From positions 17,236,001-17,300,000 of the forward strand of contig OX597818.1 of assembly GCA_951406725.2 (NCBI GenBank): a stretch of 64,000 bases of DNA, in the 5' to 3' direction. Both the position numbers and the translations under genes were made by a program. Positions 13,301 to 26,470 of the stretch are shown here, piece by piece (positions within the stretch are counted from its first letter, which is position 1; each line of letters begins with the position of its first letter). This DNA comes from Octopus vulgaris. Taxonomy: Eukaryota. A model generated the notes under the pieces. That model was not told the origin of the DNA. It did not search any database and saw nothing but the letters and a program-made list of their open reading frames with translations.

Positions 13301-14609
13301 CAATTGGACAGCTTTATCAAAAGTATGCTTTTGTAGAGGTAGAACTATTTTAATTGAGGAACAACGAAAAGAAGAATTCTGCATAGTTTATTGATGGCTC
13401 CTTGCTCAGGTACCGAAATGCTTTGCTGTAAATTTAGAGGCGAGAAATTATGCAGGCTGCGTAGTAAACAGGATACATTGCGATGGTGTTATGATAGCTT
13501 TTCGGTTAAAGATGATAAGTAACTTGCACCGGGTGTTGTAGAGTTGATAGTCTTCGTTATATGCATAATTGCATTAAAGCATTTAGTGCTACGAGATTTA
13601 GTAATGTGAGGAGTGTAGTAAGATACAGTGATAAGATATCCCACAATGTCTACTGCTTCAGAGGCGAGGTGCATTTACTATCCAAAGCAGTTAACAGAGA
13701 ATTTAAGAGAAACGACGGAAAGAAAGATTCTACATAGTTGGCTGAGGGCGCATTGCCCAAGCACCGAAAAGCTTTGCTGTAAATTTAGTGGCAGGGAAAT
13801 TATGCAGAGTGGGTAGTAAACGTTGTGGTGGTGGATGACAGCTTTTCAGTTAAAGATATATCAACTCTGCAAGTTACACGCCATCTTTAACAAGGAAGCT
13901 GTTCTCCACCACAGCAAAATCTGTTATGTATGCAGCCTGCATAATTTCCTGCCTCTAAATTTGCAGGAAAACTCTTACCATATGGTCTGTGGAAGGGTGG
14001 ATATAGGAGGTAGAACATGGATTTCATTCATCGGCTTGTAATCAGATGCTCCCATGAGTAAAGACACAGCGCGGTGTTTTGAACTCATAGCTTAAAGAGC
14101 CGAGCCAAATACCTATTTCTTTACTACCCACAAGGGGCTAATAACACAGAAAGGACAAACAAGGACAGACAAACGGATTAAGTCGATTACATCGACCCCA
14201 GTGCGTAACTGGAACTTAATTTATCGACTCCGAAAGAATAAAAGGCAAAGTCGACCTCAGCGGAATTTGAACTCAGAACGTAACGGCAGACGAAATACGG
14301 CTACGCATTTCGCCCGGCGTGCTAACGTTTCTGCCTGCTCGCCGCCAAATACCGTAATGTATTTTATCAGATACTTTAACGACACTACCAGTCGTTGCCA
14401 GGTACGTTGTCAACGAATAAAATTGACAACAAGCTTCTAACAAATTATAAGAAATTGAGTATTAAGCTAGGAAGACTGGTACGTTAGTGATATATTCATT
14501 TCTGCATCGTTTGTGACTTGCTTTTAATGTTTATTATGTATGTAATGGTAAATATACCGGGACACACACGCGCGGTGCACACAAACACGCACACACATAC
14601 ACACACACG

Positions 14610-14688
<79 letters not shown>

Positions 14689-15419
14689 ACACAAACTCAC
14701 ACACACATATTTGGGAATAGTCGATGATTTGACTCCTTCGTTATTCCGAGTTTCACACACGTAATACTCGTCGGTCAAACAAAATATTGCAAAAGAGGTT
14801 CTCCATCGGTTACGACGATGGGCGTTTCAGTTGGTTCTATCATCACATCAGCCTGTTCATGAAATTAACGTGAAAGTGCCTGAGCACTCCACAGACATGT
14901 GTACCCAAAACGTAGTTTTCAGGAGGTTCAGCATGACAGAATGCGACAGGTATAGCCTTTTGGAATACAGGCACAACTCATTTTTGCAACCTGAGTTGAC
15001 TGGAGCAACGTGAAATAATGTCTTGCTCAAGGACACAACGCGCTGCCGAGAATCGAACTTACGACCTTACGATCGTGATCTAAATACTTCTAACGACTAA
15101 GCTGAATACTTCAACGACATATATACTTACATACATACACTCTACTCAGATTACAAGTTCAGGTTTATACCTGTAATTATTGGGTTACTGTGATATGTAA
15201 AACACTGTTTAAGTACCATTCATGAAAATAATAGCTATTCAAAACCAAGAAGGAAAAAGCTGATTCAAAGGCTACACATCCAAGCCATCACTGGAACTAT
15301 AAAAATCTGTAAAACTTTCCAGAAGTTTATCATTCATGCCTCTATAGGCATGTCCAGACATGCAGCTATATGCATGAGAATACATCCATAAAACAAAACA
15401 TACAAATCTACACATGTGT

Positions 15420-15705
15420 GTACATACATAATACATACATAATACATACATACAAACATACATACATACAAACATACATACATACATACATACATACATA
15501 CATACAAACATACATACATACATACATACATACATACATACATACATACATACATACATACATACATACATACATACATACATACATACATACGTACATA
15601 CATACATACGTACGTACATACATACATACATACATACATACATACATACATACATACATACATACATACATACATACATACATAGATACATACATACATA
15701 CATAC
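15420..15705. repeat. Long (TACA)n microsatellite, representative of dozens of (TA)n, (CA)n, (TACA)n, (GATA)n, (GA)n and triplet tracts
   Basis: Directly visible in the sequence; such tracts explain most ORFs in the six-frame track. Confidence 0.97.
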
Positions 15706-16117
15706 CCGTTAGTTGAAATTACAATGTAGGAGACTTGGATCTAGGTTAGAAACCAGTTCTCTCTCTCTTATTTCTTTATTGCCCACAAGGGGCTAAACAT
15801 AGAAGAGACAAACAAGGACAGACAAAAGGATAAGTCGATTACATCGATCCCAATGCGTAACTGGTACTTAATTTATCAACCCCGAAAGGATGAAAGGCAA
15901 AGTCGACCTCGGCGGAATTTGAATTCAGAACGTAACGGCAGACGAAATACCTATTTCTTTACTACCCACAAGGGGCTAAACACAGACAAGGGCAAAATCG
16001 ACCTCGGCGGAATTTGAACTCAGAACGTAGCGGCAGACGAAATACCACTAAGCATTTCGCCCGGCGTGCTAATGCTTCTGCCAGCTCGCCGCCTTTCTCT
16101 CACTTGGTTAGAAACCG

Positions 16118-16155
<38 letters not shown>

Positions 16156-16990
16156 CATGGAATCTTGAAATAAAACTAAATAACGACATACATACATACA
16201 TACATAAAAATTAGCGCCACACACAGTGGAACTTTCCTAAAGATAATGATCACTGATAGTAGATATAGTTATAATATTTCTGGACTTGGACTATGCTTTG
16301 GAAATGAAAACGAATGTTCAAAATTGCGGTACGTACTGCAAGGGGGGAAGTTTAAACCATAGATTGATATTTATGAACGAAGGGAGGCAACTTCGGCTCA
16401 CCAGATAATCTTGTATAAATTTGTCTATATCTAAGCAAAACTGCATCAAAGTACGTAGTTACTCCACCTGCTAGATAGAGCAGCCAAAAACATAAATGTT
16501 TACATGCAGATAAAATCCGCTGTGTTCAATGCACGGTAATCCAAAATATCATACGATGGTCATGGTACGAATGTTTTTCAGGCACAAGGCGCGAAATTTT
16601 TGGTGAGGGGGATCCAGTCAAGTAGAGCGACCCCAGTACTCAACTGGTACTTAATTTATCGACCCCAAAACGATGAAAGACAAAGTCGACCTCGGCGAAA
16701 TTTGAACTCAGAACGTAAACACAGATGAAATGCCACTAAGCATTTCGCCCGCCCGGCGCGCTAACCTTTCTGCCAGCTCTTTCAATTAAGACTGATTTAA
16801 ACCTTTTCTCTTCACACTTTTGTTTATGATATCTTTGGGACTGTTTTAGAGATGAAGTACGTCTCTGAGTTCACTGTCTGCACAACATATTTTAGTTCAG
16901 TTCAACAAGCTGCAAGCTTCATATAGCATTTCCAAAGACAGTTGGTTTATCTCTCAGAAAAAGCAGAAACATTTTATAACTAACACCAGA

Positions 16991-17073
<83 letters not shown>

Positions 17074-17672
17074 TGTATGTATGTATGTATGTATGCATGT
17101 ATGTGTGTGTGTGTATGTATGTATGTATGTATGTATGTATATATGTATGTATAGAGAGAGAGACAGAGATAGTGAGAAGGAGAGAGGTACATATACATAT
17201 ACATACACACACACACACACACACGGACACATACACACACACACACTCACACACGCACACACATAAACTTTGAGTCATATGGAGTCGAGTCAAACTGATA
17301 TTCAATACTCACACATACCTATTTCTTTATTACCCGCAAGGGGCTAAACACAGAGGGGACAAACAATGACAGACATAGGTATTAAGTCGATTACATCGAC
17401 CTCAGTGTGTAACTGGTACTTAATTTATCGACCCCGAAAGGATGAAAGGTAAAGTTGAACTCGGCGGAATTTGAACTCAGAACGTAACGACAGACGAAAT
17501 ACGGCTACGCATTTCGCCCGGCGTGCTAACGTTTCTGCCACAAACACAAACACAAACACAGACGCACTATACATACATACATACATGCATGCATACATAC
17601 ATACATACATACATACATACATACATACATACATACATACATACATACATACATGCATACATGACTGCATGC

Positions 17673-17752
<80 letters not shown>

Positions 17753-17827
17753 TTAGGGAATAAATCCAAATTTACAGGGAAAAATCAGATTTAGGATTGA
17801 ATCCAATTTTATAGTAAAATATTATAT

Positions 17828-18184
17828 TATATTAAATTAGAGACTAAACCACTATTAGGCAAATCAAATAATGAAAAACTTAAGCCAATACATAAGATTA
17901 TTTAATTTATATTATTTAAATATATAACAAAATTATTAAAAAATATAATTAATATCCCACTACGATCGTTTAAACCTCGCCAAGATAAATATTAAAACCA
18001 CCTGATGAATGACTGCGACTCAAAAATTTGAAGAAGTTAGCAGGCATGAAACGATCGTAGTGGGATATTAATTATATTTTTTTAATAATTTTGTTATATA
18101 TTTAAATAATATAAATTAAATAATCTTATGTATTGGCTTAAGTTTTTCATTGTTTGATTTGCCTAATAGTGGTTTTGTCTCTAA

Positions 18185-18193
<9 letters not shown>
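17828..18193. repeat. Fold-back element: about 144-bp inverted arms around a 77-bp spacer, flanked by TA/AAT microsatellites
   Basis: 17828-17971 is the near-perfect reverse complement of 18049-18193. Confidence 0.9.
17998..18063 (+). ncRNA. Minimal type-I hammerhead ribozyme motif with intact core
   Basis: CCAC-CUGAUGA-AUGACUGC..GCAGGCAU-GAAA-CGAUCG-UA-GUGG. Stem I is 4 bp, stem II 7 of 8 bp, stem III is a palindromic hexamer, and the cleavage triplet is GUA. Confidence 0.75.
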
Positions 18194-18250
<57 letters not shown>

Positions 18251-20867
18251 GCACACACTTATATGTATGTGTGCGCATGCGTATTTGTGTGTATATGTAA
18301 ACACACACGTACACATATATATGTGATACATACAAACACACACGTACCCGCATTTTCTTAGTAATAATTAGCAGAAGTTATAGAATGAATCAAGGGCCGA
18401 GAGTTTTGTGCGTTGTCATTTTTCAGAGTATCAACGCATGAAACTGCCGATTATCACTATATATATAGGCCTATGGCTTAGTGGTTAGGTTGTTGCATTC
18501 ATAATTGCGAGATCATGGGTTCGTTTCCCAGACCGGGTGTTGTGCTGTGTTCTTGAGCAAAGCAGTTCATTTCACGTTACTCTGTGATCATTTCGTCATG
18601 TGACACGTGGCACATAGTGCACCTGTAAGGTAATGTCGATTTGATGGAGGGAGTGAGCTTACGTGAACACAAACATTTAATCACAATAAACAAACTAACT
18701 AACTAAGTCATCTGTGTGATTGTTCGGCAAGAAATCACTGAACTCTCATTCGTCGTCTAACGAGGAGACCGTCCATTATGTGTATATATATATACACTCA
18801 TGTTTCATGTTTTATTTACCTGTTTGTATCACCAAATACACACACACAAGTACCCAGACGTATGAATGAAATTTTTTACTTAAGTTTCAAGGGAGATAAC
18901 TATAAAGAACAAAGGGAAATAACTTACAAAGAATTCTTTTCTAATTAAGAAAAGATCTATTTTTATTCCAAATCTACCTTCACGAATGAGTTTATTTCAT
19001 TGACATTTAAGTTTATATGTAATTAACATTTATCTCATTAGTCACTCTTATTACTTTGGCAAACATTTTGGCTATGGTAAATGAAATGACAACGGCAAAT
19101 CTGTATCTGTATATCCATCGTGTGTCTATATTATCTATCGTCTGTATGTCTGTTTGTCTGTCTCCCTCTCTCTCTGTGTCCCCCTGTGTGTATGAGTCTC
19201 TATATGTCTATCTGACTGACTGTCTGTCTGTCATTCTGTGTTCTAACTTCAACCATCCACCTATCCAAGCGTCCGTGCTGACAGAGTCGCTAGCACGCTG
19301 GTCAAAATGCTTCGCGTCATTTCGTCCGTCTTTACGTGCCGAGTTCAAATTACGCCGTGATCGACAGCCTTTCGAGCCTTATGCCTAAATAAGAAATAAT
19401 GTGAGACAGAAGAATTTAAGAGTTGCTGTTTGAAGATTATGCAGCAAAGCATATAACAAATGAAAAGGAACATACTACATCTCTTGTAGGGTTCTGCCTT
19501 TTGACAAAAGACCTATTGTTCCGTGCAGATTTGGAAGCAATTATGAGAGATCTTAAGATGTGATAATTTTTGCTTCTCATGTGGCGAGTGAACTCGCAAT
19601 GGTAAGTGAAATCGAATTATGATGATGAGTGATTTTCTCTTTATAAATGAGATGTAGTGGTTTTTGCAGGTACAAACCTCAAAATGAGACGACAAAGATA
19701 TATATGATTATGCTATAAACCTCATTAGCTTACTACAGCTGTTTCTGCTATGTGATACAGTGGACTCATATTTGAGTGCCTGAATAACACCTTATAGCTT
19801 CATCGAAGCCTCGAATGTATATATGTATGTATGTAGATGTGAAGGTGCGTGGCTTAGTGGTTAGCGCATTCGGCTCACGATGGTAAGGTCGTGAGCTCAA
19901 TTCCCGGCGACGCGTTGTGTCCTTGAGCAAGACACTTTATTTCACGTTACTCCAGTCCACTCAGCTGGCAAAAAGGAGTTGTATCTGTATTTCAAAGGGC
20001 CGGCCTTGTCACACTCTGTGCCACGCTGAATCTCCCTGAGAACTACATTAAGCGTACACGTGTCTGTGGATTGCTCAGTCACTAGCACGTTAATTTCACG
20101 AGCAAGCTGTTCCGTTGATCGTATTAGCTGGGACCCTCGTCGTCGCAACCGACAGAGTGCTCCTATCTTATGTATGTATATATATATATATATACAAGAA
20201 ATATTTGGTTGGTGCCCTTGTCCTTCTCTAATGGATTTTATATGATCTGTTAAAAGGTGTCGATATTATTTTTGTGGTGTGTAAATCTTACTTTCTTCCA
20301 TCAGTTTCGTAAGTTTTTCATGTCCTTGATACTTGTAGGAGGAGCGTATAAGAATTTAAAATTTCTATAGTCTGCAAATGTATAGATGGTGCCTCTCCAT
20401 AAGGAACTAGGCCTCCCACTTAATTCACTTTTACCAATGATTTGTTTGGTATAGAACTTCTCCAGTGTGGTAGAGATAGACTTCCTGATGTGTGTTGGGG
20501 GTATATCATTAAATCATTGGTTATGTAGTCTCTGTAGAAAGTGCTTTGCGTATATGAGCAGTCTATATATGTTTGGATATCCTAACGAGAAGAATAATTA
20601 CTCAAAGTATTTAGCAGAATATATTTACTTGTTCGAAGTTTACTTTTGTTCGTCATTTTAGCATCTGAAGGAGGGCATATAACGATCAACAAAAAACATA
20701 CATACCTCTATACATATACATACACATAAACATGCACTCAGACATACATACAAACATACGCTCATGCACATACATACATACATACATACATACATACATA
20801 CATACATACATACATACATACATACATACATACATACATACATACATACATGCATACAAGTAGCTAT

Positions 20868-20929
<62 letters not shown>

Positions 20930-20955
20930 AACAAACAATAGGATATTGAGAGGTG

Positions 20956-21043
20956 ATGCAGTACGACTGTTTCAAGCGGCTCCATTTAATTGAACAATGC
21001 AATCATTACATCAATTTAAACGCAGGGTTATCCTCAGCTGCAT
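20956..21043 (-). ncRNA. Minimal type-I hammerhead ribozyme motif in a Penelope-like inverted terminal repeat
   Basis: AUGCAG-CUGAGGA-(57-nt stem II region)-GAAA-CAGUCG-UA-CUGCAU. Stem I is a perfect 6 bp; the base of stem II is mismatched. Confidence 0.65.
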
Positions 21044-21569
21044 AAATAAATAGAATTTTTTAATCAGTTGGACACATTAATATAATTTTACTCAAATTCT
21101 CTAATAGAGCAAGCAGAGGGAGAAAGTCCATGTTGTTACTAATGTGACTCAGAATATACTACATTTCTAAGAACTGCATGAAGTTTGTTACGGTCATAGC
21201 TTGTAAATGATTGTAGTTCACTTTTAACGTATTAGTCTTTTTTTATAACTACCAAGTCTAAGGACAGTGCCTGTTTAGAAAGGAATAGGCAGAGTGAGTT
21301 GACAGTTTATAGTTGGGTATGGTCATAAATATTGTCAGGATTTAGAAAATGTATAAGTATCTGTCTATAAAGGAGGCTGGGTAGGCGAAGACCCTAAATC
21401 AAGATGTTAATTAATCTTGCTCTATTAGAGAATTTGAGTAAAATTATATTAATATTTCCAACTGATTAAAGAATTCTATTTATTTATGCAGCTGAGGATA
21501 GCCTTGCATTTAAATTATTGTAATGCTTCAAATTAAGGACCTAATTCAACTGAATCTCAATTATATTCA

Positions 21570-21600
<31 letters not shown>

Positions 21601-21887
21601 CAATGTAGATATTTGATATAAGGACTACAATATTTGCAATAGTTCCATGTATATATAAGTGAATAGCTTTTGTAGGTGGATCTATGTATTTCTGATTTTC
21701 AGTCCATATATGTGTTGTGATTGTTGGTGTTTTTTGTGGGGTGAGGGGTGCATGTGTGCATGTGTATCTTTGCAGCTGTCATTCTGTATACGTTTATGCA
21801 TCGATGTGCACATGCATGTGTGTATGTGTATGTATGCTTATCTATATCTATATATCTATATCTATATCTATATATACATAGATATAT

Positions 21888-21956
<69 letters not shown>

Positions 21957-22186
21957 CGTAGAAATTAATATTACATTATATTATTAAATAATATTAATTT
22001 CAATAATATTAATGGTCAGCATACCTAAAAAGCGTCCGAGGAACGTGAATTCTATCTAAATATAAAAAAAGGAGAGACCTCTATGCAGATCTCTTGCATG
22101 ATAAAAATAGACGCCCACGAAATTGGTAAACTGGTTTGACGCCTATATTTAGCATTCAAGAGATCCACATAGTAATCTCTCCTACT

Positions 22187-22244
<58 letters not shown>

Positions 22245-22953
22245 CCTAGCGACAAAGTAAACTTCATATAATTGAGGTATCCTTGGCTTGAAGAGTAGCC
22301 TGTGGTCTACCCGTCGTTTGGATAATTTACGACTTTCAAGGTTCCACTAGCTATGAAATAAATGTCGCCTGGATTTTATCTACTCCATTCCCTAATTTTG
22401 GGATGTTTATTCTCATATACAGCAACCCCTGTTGCTAACCGTAAACTTATAAAACCAACTTTTTTCAGCTTATCATACATCGATATGGGAAAACTTCACA
22501 AGCTTCTGTGCAAATAAACAACCATTGCTTCTGGAAGTTGTTTTATATAATTTCTACGGATTGCTTGAAGCTCACTACTTTCCTACACCTTTATCCTTGG
22601 ATCTTACCTTAACGTATCTGAACACGTGTGTACCGTTGGCGATATTTTTCCTCCGTCTTCCCTTTTTTGGACCTTTCCTTTTTCTATGTTTCCGACGAAG
22701 AGCTCCGCTCGAAACGTTATACCCTCCTTCTTCCCTTCCTTCCTGAGCGTCCAATAATACTATACTTGTTCCACGTCCTCGCGTTGTTGTGTTTTCATTA
22801 ACGTTATATATATATATTTATATGACGTCGATTTCTAAGTAGATTATAAAGAAAGGAGAAAAAAGAAATGAACAATTTTAAAATAAAAGAAGGTGCATCT
22901 ATTTGCAATGGAAGTATGACTGTAGTTTGTGTTCAGATATGGATTTTGCTATA

Positions 22954-23033
<80 letters not shown>

Positions 23034-23179
23034 ATGTATGTATGTATGTATGTATGTATCTATGTATGTATCTATGTATGTATCTATCTATGTATGTATA
23101 TCTGTCCTGTTAACATCATTGGCTATCATAGTATATCAAAGGTCACAGCACAGAATATGAAATGGTCAAAGGTAATACT

Positions 23180-23430
23180 TTATTCAGTCACTTTAACAGA
23201 GACACAAATTTTCAATGTAGGGTGGAAAATACTCTGGATACCAGGCAGATTAGGTGATGGACAGTCACCCCTGTAGAGCACACGTTGATCTTTGCAGGTC
23301 ATGAACTTCGATGTCCAAAGTTGTCCGCTCCAAGGTTGTAATCCATCCTCAAGTTGAGAGCAAGACGGGAACCGTTGCTGACAAGGCTCGCAGTTCTTTT
23401 CCATTTGACAGCGGTTTGACAAATATTCAC
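23180..23430 (-). CDS. Secreted chitin-binding (peritrophin-A/ChtBD2-like) protein, terminal coding exon 3
   Basis: ccccatAG acceptor, phase 1. Encodes (C)EYLSNRCQMEKNCEPCQQRFPSCSQLEDGLQPWSGQLWTSKFMTCKDQRVLYRGDCPSPNLPGIQSIFHPTLKICVSVKVTE-TAA. An AATAAA overlaps the stop codon (23184-23179). Confidence 0.88.
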
Positions 23431-24431
23431 CTATGGGGGAGATTGAGAAATGGCGGACATCAGCGACACGTGATTAGATGACGTTAGTACATATTTGTAG
23501 TGAGATATTTGGTGGTAGTAGTGGTGGATATGGTGTTGGTTGTGTAGCCATGTATGGTGGTGAGTCATGGCGATGGTAAATGCCATGGTGACTATGGTAG
23601 TGGCGTGACTGTGTATGGTGGTGGTAATAGTGATTTTCTAATTTTCCTCTCCTAGTTATATTAACGAGTGGGATTGAAACCTTGATGCTGTGTTTGAACT
23701 GTTCTCTCTAGCTAATATATTGGTTTAAATCTTGGCACAAAGCCAACAAGTTCAGCGACTCCAGTATTCAACTGATACTTATTTTACTGACCCCCGAAGG
23801 GATGAAAAGGAAATTCGACCCCAGCTGAATTTGAACTCTGTACGTAATGAGGGATGATATGCCGCTAAGCATTTTGCTCGGCGCGCTAACGATTCTGGCA
23901 GCTCGCTGCCCTTGTCTAGCTTATACATTAAAATAAATACTTTATTTCTTCAGTTGTTATTTTTCTTCCAATGAACTTTTGAATTACAGATAGAATCCAC
24001 CCGATGGGCTTCCAACAGTTTCAGTCAATTCAATTTCATTCATAAAGCATCGGGCGATCCGAAGTTATGGTACAAAAAAAAGTCACTTTGCCAATATGCG
24101 ACACAGTAGGAGTGAATCCAGGACCTCATGATTGCGAAGCGAATTTCTTAACCATTCGGCCACTGGCACACAGTTTATATAACTCTTAATATGTGCAAAT
24201 GGGTATGTCTTTATTTGAATGTGTCTTCTGTTATAATTCCATTCACATCTAGAAAAATAAAGTTGATCACAATATTTAACTCTTACCCTGAAAAGACAAA
24301 AGTATAATCTACCTCAGAACGATTTGAACTCAGAACATATGGCCATAACTAAAAAGCGGAACATTTTTGTCTCGCAGGCTCTAACGATTCTGCCAGTCCA
24401 TCGTAGCTAACCGTGTGTGTTTGTGTATGTA

Positions 24432-25602
24432 TAGGGTGCGTGAGATATTTTAGGACAAATTTATGTTTATAAAAAAGCAGATATATAATAACAAATAACT
24501 TTATTCATCAAAAAATGCAATGAATATAAAAATAAACCTTCTTTTCAATAATGTTATTCAATAAAGTCACCTTCAGCTTCAACAACTGGTTCATTTTGGA
24601 CATTACTCTGACTATGGCAGGTTTCAAAGAATCTTTGGTGCTATGGGCGTGTTCATTGACCTCTCTCTCTCTCTCTCAACAACGCTCCACATGTATTAGT
24701 CCAGTGGAATGAGATTTGGGGAATTAGGAGGCCAAACGTTAGGGGTTATGTGATCAAGAAAATTTTCAGTCATTCATTCCTGTGTAACTAGATCCATGTG
24801 TGATAGTGCAAAGTCTTACTGAAATACATATGGCCTTCCATTGCATACACTGTCTATCCAGGGCTTAACAATTATTTCCAGGACCTCAATGGAAATAAGT
24901 AAGGAGGTATCATATGCCCTTCACTAGTGACAACAACCTAAAACCATGACAGTTGCAGGAAATTTTGTATGCATAACACTTGGAACTTCAGAAGAGTCTG
25001 CACATAACCATCTGTCATTTCTTCTGATAATATTTTGATCTCATTTGAGAAAAATCAAATCAAATCTTCTTCTACTGTATTTTTCAGATTGTTTAAGAGT
25101 CTTTTTGATCTGATGTAGTGATTTTCTTCTGCTTTTTCTGACGAATTGACATTTCCTCATCATACAAGACTTATATCTGATGTCTTCGTGGACAACATTT
25201 CTGAATGTTCCTTCTAACACATAGAGATCTTTTGCGGTTGGTCTCATGGAATTTCTGGGATTGTAATCAATGGTCTGTTAAACTTGATGGATAAATTCAG
25301 GTGTTCTGATGATTTCAGACCGTTTAGAATGCTTTTTATACTCTGATACTGGTGATACGTTTCCATCTTCAGTCTTTAGCTCCTTACAAACTTTGTAGAC
25401 GAAAGATCTGGCAACTTTTAAAAATCGAGATATTTCTAAATCGCTATGCTCAGCCTTTATAACCACAATAACAGGATGCCTCTTCATTTCTTGAGTAAGC
25501 TGAGGGTCTGCCATTATTTCTGAAACAAAGATTATACAGCGTTAGCAAAAAATGCAGCGATGACTCACAAAAAGTATGTCCTCAAATACCTTACGCATCC
25601 TG
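24432..25602 (-). mobile_element. maT/DD37D-like Tc1-mariner transposon, degenerate, in intron 2 of the chitin-binding gene
   Basis: Imperfect TIRs tagggtgcgtgagatattttaggaca and tgtcctcaaataccttacgcatcctg. Fragments ISRFLKVARSFVYKV..IRTPEFI, DRWLCADSSEVPS..TKFPATVMVLG and WPPNSPNLIPLD. Confidence 0.8.
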
Positions 25603-25787
25603 TGTATTAGTTAATAGTGAATGCGTTGCGATGTAACCACGTGTGTTTGTGTACATGTTTGAGTGAGTGTGTACGCGTGCATCACTGTGTGCGCATGAGC
25701 GTGCGAGTGTGAGCACCTGCGTGTGCATGTGTGTGTGTGAGGGGTGTAATATATGGTGGAGATAAGATAACAAAGCAAAAGCCTCAC

Positions 25788-26024
25788 ATGGTTCGGTTGG
25801 TTCATAGCGTGGACCACACTGGACAAATCGATAAGGCTCACATCTCCGAGTGCCGCTGTTGAACAACATTGGATAAGGGCACTCACCCGAACGTTTCAAC
25901 AGGCGGCCTCCATTTGAAGATATGGGATGGCAATCGAAATAATGAGCACAGTTGTCTTGGTAGGGATTGGTGCCGTTCAGGCCTTCCTCACAGAAGACAG
26001 CTTCATGTGTATGCTTCCGGCTGC
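25788..26024 (-). CDS. Chitin-binding protein, coding exon 2 (ChtBD2 domain)
   Basis: tttcAG acceptor and T|gtgagg donor, phase 1/1. Encodes (C)[65 protein letters not shown], which has six-Cys peritrophin-A spacing. Confidence 0.9.
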
Positions 26025-26055
26025 CTGAAAGACAGACAGACAGACAGATAGATAA

Positions 26056-26142
<87 letters not shown>

Positions 26143-26412
26143 CATAGATAGATAGATTGATTGATAGACTGTCAAACAGATACATACATAAAGAGAGCGA
26201 GAGAGAGAGAGAGAGAGCGAGACAGATAAAGAGACAAACAGGGGGAAGTGAGAGAGAGAAAGGCAGAGATGATACCGTTACTACATTTCGAGACATGTAG
26301 GTTGGTATGGACGGAAGAACATGTAGCTATGTATACTCAGAGACAAACGTGTTCGAACAGATACATGAACAAGTTTGGACAAATAGTCATGTGATTAAGT
26401 ACGGATCGACAG

Positions 26413-26467
<55 letters not shown>

Positions 26468-26470
<3 letters not shown>

